Source: an uncultured delta proteobacterium (GTDB lineage: Bacteria; Desulfobacterota; Zymogenia; Zymogenales; Zymogenaceae). From it: a DNA stretch of 64,000 bases. Every line of letters starts with the position of its first letter. The first letter of the stretch is position 1. The stretch is taken from contig CAVTLK010000001.1 in NCBI GenBank assembly GCA_963735595.1, positions 192,001 through 256,000 on the forward strand, read 5' to 3'. Position numbers and translations under genes: made by a program. Below, piece by piece: positions 63,301 through 64,000 of this stretch. The notes beneath the pieces were generated by a model. That model was not told the origin of the DNA. It searched no databases and saw only the letters and a program-made list of their open reading frames with translations.

Positions 63301-63921
63301 ATGTCGGTAGAAAATATCGCAAAAAAGATAATTGACGAAGCCCAGAGCGCCGTCCGTGTGATTGAAGAAAAGGCCGGACGAGAGACGGCTCGGACCACGT
63401 CGGAACTTGACCGGCAGGAGCGGGAGCTCAAGGAGTCCGCAGGCCGTCAGATCGAGGCCGAGGCCCAGGAAGTCATTAAAAGGTGCGTATCGTCGGCCAG
63501 GCTTGAGGGCAGAAAGCGGATCCTCGGTGAAAAGGAGATGATCCTGGGCGAGATCTATGCGGAGGCTCGACAGCGAATCCTCGCACTTACGGAGGAAAAA
63601 TACCTCGGGTTTCTCACAAAACTCGTCGTTACTCATAGCCTCGGTGGTCAGGAGAAGGTTAATTTATCCCGCAAGGACCTTGACCGGCTAAAGGGAAAGA
63701 TACCACAGTGGGAAAAAGAGCTGGCCCGGGAAGTTCAAAAGAAGTATAAGGACAGCTCCATAACCGTATCCGCTGAAGCAAGGGACATCGAAGGAGGGCT
63801 CGTTCTCTCTCAAAGCAGGACTGAGATAAACCTTAGCCTCGATGTTATCCTTGCGGAAACGAAATACGCCCTCGAGTCGGAAGTGACCGGCGTCCTTTCC
63901 TGGACAAGCCGCAAGGGGTAA
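63301..63921 (+). CDS. ntpE: V/A-type ATPase subunit E
   Basis: MSVENIAKKIIDEA coiled coil and C-terminal IEGGLVL..EINLSLD; follows subunit K. Confidence 0.88.
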   Translation: MSVENIAKKIIDEAQSAVRVIEEKAGRETARTTSELDRQERELKESAGRQIEAEAQEVIKRCVSSARLEGRKRILGEKEMILGEIYAEARQRILALTEEKYLGFLTKLVVTHSLGGQEKVNLSRKDLDRLKGKIPQWEKELAREVQKKYKDSSITVSAEARDIEGGLVLSQSRTEINLSLDVILAETKYALESEVTGVLSWTSRKG

Positions 63922-64000
63922 CGGGGCGCGGGAGTCTACCCCGAGGAAAACGGGACACATGCCGTCGCACGGCTTTCGAGTCCCGGTGGGTTCTCGTAAA

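Noticed and set aside
63922..64000. Possible start of V-ATPase subunit C
   Set aside because: Expected from gene order, but no convincing start or motif is visible before the window ends.
1..64000. tRNA/rRNA genes, CRISPR arrays, IS/integrase/phage genes and defence systems
   Set aside because: None recognisable by eye in the intergenic regions or ORF translations; tRNAscan/Infernal were not run.

Overview
Chromosomal window from a moderately GC-rich anaerobic bacterium. The gene content looks deltaproteobacterial/Desulfobacterota-like, which is inference only. I found no rRNA, tRNA, CRISPR array or mobile element. Left to right: (1) a 16-kb minus-strand run of GH1 glycosidase, TrkA-type K+ channel, CHASE2 nucleotide cyclase, mlaE-mlaF-mlaD, a Pro-aromatic repeat lipoprotein, a RACo-like ASKHA/2Fe-2S protein, DUF2339, a DUF3999-like protein and purH-purD-purE; (2) CBS protein, GT4, ygiD and a PAS-PAS-GGDEF cyclase; (3) an acyl-CoA block of TetR-prpE, V4R, two tandem nitronate-monooxygenase/FabK paralogs and an AcuC-like deacetylase, then FadR-like TetR, HAD-crotonase fusion, acyl-CoA dehydrogenase, etfB, etfA and a FadF/EMO-type membrane Fe-S oxidoreductase; (4) glpK-glpABC and an MBL hydrolase; (5) a minus-strand run of Ntn acylase, lipoprotein, MoaD/ThiS, CxxCH membrane protein, AmpG-like MFS and dipeptide epimerase; (6) ada, SDR, a GH106-like protein with apparently substituted catalytic motifs, a CASTOR/POLLUX-like channel and a GPH sugar symporter; (7) the start of a Na+-type V/A-ATPase operon (G/H, I, K, E). 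Many genes in about 10-15 kb and 34-50 kb carry single-base indels, most plausibly assembly error. The best novel signal is the palindrome CTTGAATGAnTAnTCATTCATT, which matches the Bacillus FadR box. It lies just downstream of a sigma70 promoter in front of both the fatty-acid oxidation operon and the V-ATPase operon 31 kb away, suggesting acyl-CoA-responsive co-regulation of beta-oxidation and a Na+ V-ATPase. Runners-up are the repeat lipoprotein coupled to the Mce/Mla transporter and the symporter-channel-GH106-like trio.
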